A stretch of DNA of 63,440 nt, counting the filler, from Diploschistes diacapsis (lineage: Eukaryota): assembly GCA_023645945.1 (NCBI GenBank). It is 18 parts of 18 records of this genome, joined end to end, with 100 filler letters (N's around TTAATTAATTAA, not from the genome) between each part and the next. Parts side by side here need not be neighbours in the genome. Positions count along the whole stretch, not along the records: positions 61,288 to 63,440 come from JALAIB010002339.1; 17 more parts are not named here. One strand, given 5' to 3'. Below, piece by piece: positions 61,694 through 63,440 of this stretch. Position numbers and translations under genes: made by a program. Positions within the stretch are counted from its first letter, which is position 1; each line of letters starts with the position of its first letter. Below the pieces are notes generated by a model that saw only the letters and a list, made by a program, of their open reading frames with translations, was not told the DNA's origin and did not search any database.

Positions 61694-63308
61694 ACTAACA
61701 CAAGACACCACCCCCATCCAACGCGGCATCATACGCCATGTCGTTGTCCTCCTCGACCTCTCAGAGTCGATGCTCGACAAAGACCTACGTCCTACCCGCC
61801 ACCTCCTGACTATCCACTACATGACAGACTTCGTACGAGAGTACTTTGAGCAGAATCCCATCTCGCAGCTAGGGATTCTGGGCATGAGGGATGGGCTGGC
61901 CGTCAGAGTGAGCGACATGAGCGGGAACCCAGAGGAGCATGTTGCTGCGCTGCAGGCGCTGAGGGAGCAGGAGCCAAAGGGACACCCGAGTTTGCAAAAT
62001 GGTTTAGAGATGGCTAGGGGGGCGCTGTTGTACGTACAGCTCTTTCACTCTTCTCCCCGTCCTTGCCCTTCGCTGTTATGCAGATTCTCTCCATCTTTCC
62101 TTCCACCCTTCAAACCACCCATCAATCCCTTCTTACATTACCAAAGCTGACCACCAGCAAGCCACATCCCTTCCCATAGCACTCGCGAGGTCCTCGTCCT
62201 CCTCGGTAGCACCTACACCGTCGACCCGGGCGACATCCACACCACCATCTCCGCCCTCATAACCGCTCACATTACATGCACCGTCATTGGCCTCAGCGCC
62301 GAAGTAGCCATCTGCCGCACCCTCGTCACTCGCACCAACCCCTCTCTCGCCCCAGCACAGGCCTACAGCGTCGCGCTCGACGAACAGCACTACAGGGAAC
62401 TGCTCATGGGCGCTACCACCCCGCCGCCCATAGCCCCAAGCCAAGCGCAGCAAGAACACGCCGACGCAGCCGGCGGCACGCTGCTGATGATGGGCTTCCC
62501 CAGCCTGACCCTCGCCCAGCCTTCCTCGTCCACCGCCGTCGCCGCCACCGGCAGCAACGATAACGATATCAACCCTACCCCGGAAGCGATACCCCAAGGC
62601 CCAAGCCTCTGCGCCTGCCACTCCACCCCCACGCTCGAGGGCTACCTGTGTCCCCGGTGTGGCGCCAAAGTCTGCTCGCTTCCGACGGATTGCCCGGTCT
62701 GCGGCCTGAAGCTTGTTCTCAGCACGCATCTTGCGCGCTCGTACCACCATCTTTTTCCGCTGCGGAACTGGCGCGAGGTGCCGTGGGCCGAGGTGCGGGG
62801 CGTCGAAGCAGGGGAGAGGCAGGTGAGGTGTTTTGGGTGCCAGGGAGCGTTCCCGGCCGTCCCGGAGGCGCTGGAAGATGGTGGAGATGGGGTGCAGAGG
62901 AGGAAGAGCGCGGGGACGGCGGGCGCGGAGGCAAGGCTCCTCCGGAGGGCGCAGAAGGGGGGAAGGAATGGTGCTGTCGGCGGTGGGGAGGACGGGAGCA
63001 GGGCGGTGAAAGTTGTCGACGTGGTTAAGGACGTGGGCGGCGGCGGGGGGAGTGCGAACGGGATTGCCGAGTCGGGGAGGTATGCGTGCACGAGCTGCGG
63101 GACGCATTTCTGCATCGACTGCGATGTCTTTTGTCATGCCGAGGTGCACAATTGCCCTGGGTGTTTGGGAAGGGCGGCGAACGGCGGGCGAGGGGAAGGG
63201 AACGAAGCAAGGCAGACGGAGGCGGAGGCGGGGGCGCAGACGGATATGCCCGTGGAAGTGGGCAGAGAGATACTGGAGCTGCTGGCGGGGTCCTTGGGCC
63301 CCGGTTAA
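61694..63308 (+). CDS. SSL1: TFIIH subunit Ssl1/p44, 5' exon missing; exons 61694-62029 and 62162-63308
   Basis: DTTPIQRGIIRH, LDLSESM..KDLRPTR, EYFEQNPISQLG, PSLQNGLEMA, CACH, GYLCPRC..KVCSLP..CP.C...L..STHLARSYHHLFPL, CFGC, FCIDCDVFCH..VHNCPGC. Confidence 0.93.
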
Positions 63309-63440
63309 GAACACGAGCCCCGATTGTCTGGACCCAGAGCATGTGTCCCCCCAGCCAAGCACCGAGCCGGATCCAGAGCTCCACGAGTACCCAATGGGTC
63401 GTGAAGGAACAGAAGAAAGACTCACGAGTCTGGGCATATC

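Noticed and set aside
62133..63437. 434-aa - strand ORF, and similar long ORFs overlapping ARG8, PNG1 and UTP4
   Set aside because: Antisense or off-frame shadows of GC-rich conserved genes

Overview
Eukaryotic DNA from a filamentous ascomycete (Pezizomycotina), judged from spliceosomal introns with GTRNGT/CTRAC/YAG signals, fungal housekeeping genes and RIP-mutated transposons. The window is not one locus. Bases 1-24690 are the end of one long contig carrying UTP4, PNG1, SRS2 and several orphan genes. From 24791 onward it is a concatenation of unrelated contigs of about 2.2 kb, ordered by decreasing length and joined by artificial 100-bp N-TTAATTAATTAA-N spacers. Most small contigs are nested, RIP-degenerated Ty1/copia, Ty3/gypsy, Fot1/pogo and hAT-like elements. 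A few hold real genes: SMT3/SUMO, SDH8 (partial), ARG8, a GrpB-family protein, SSL1 (partial) and a 5-exon, highly divergent profilin that the ORF track misses. The best candidates for novelty are the divergent profilin, a satellite-like hAT-type MITE family, a Helentron-like terminus, a TRIM-like mini LTR element, two possible structured RNAs and an orphan Cys-rich secreted protein. I found no convincing multi-gene novel system, and gene neighbourhood across the spacers is meaningless. All identifications are by motif recognition, not database search.
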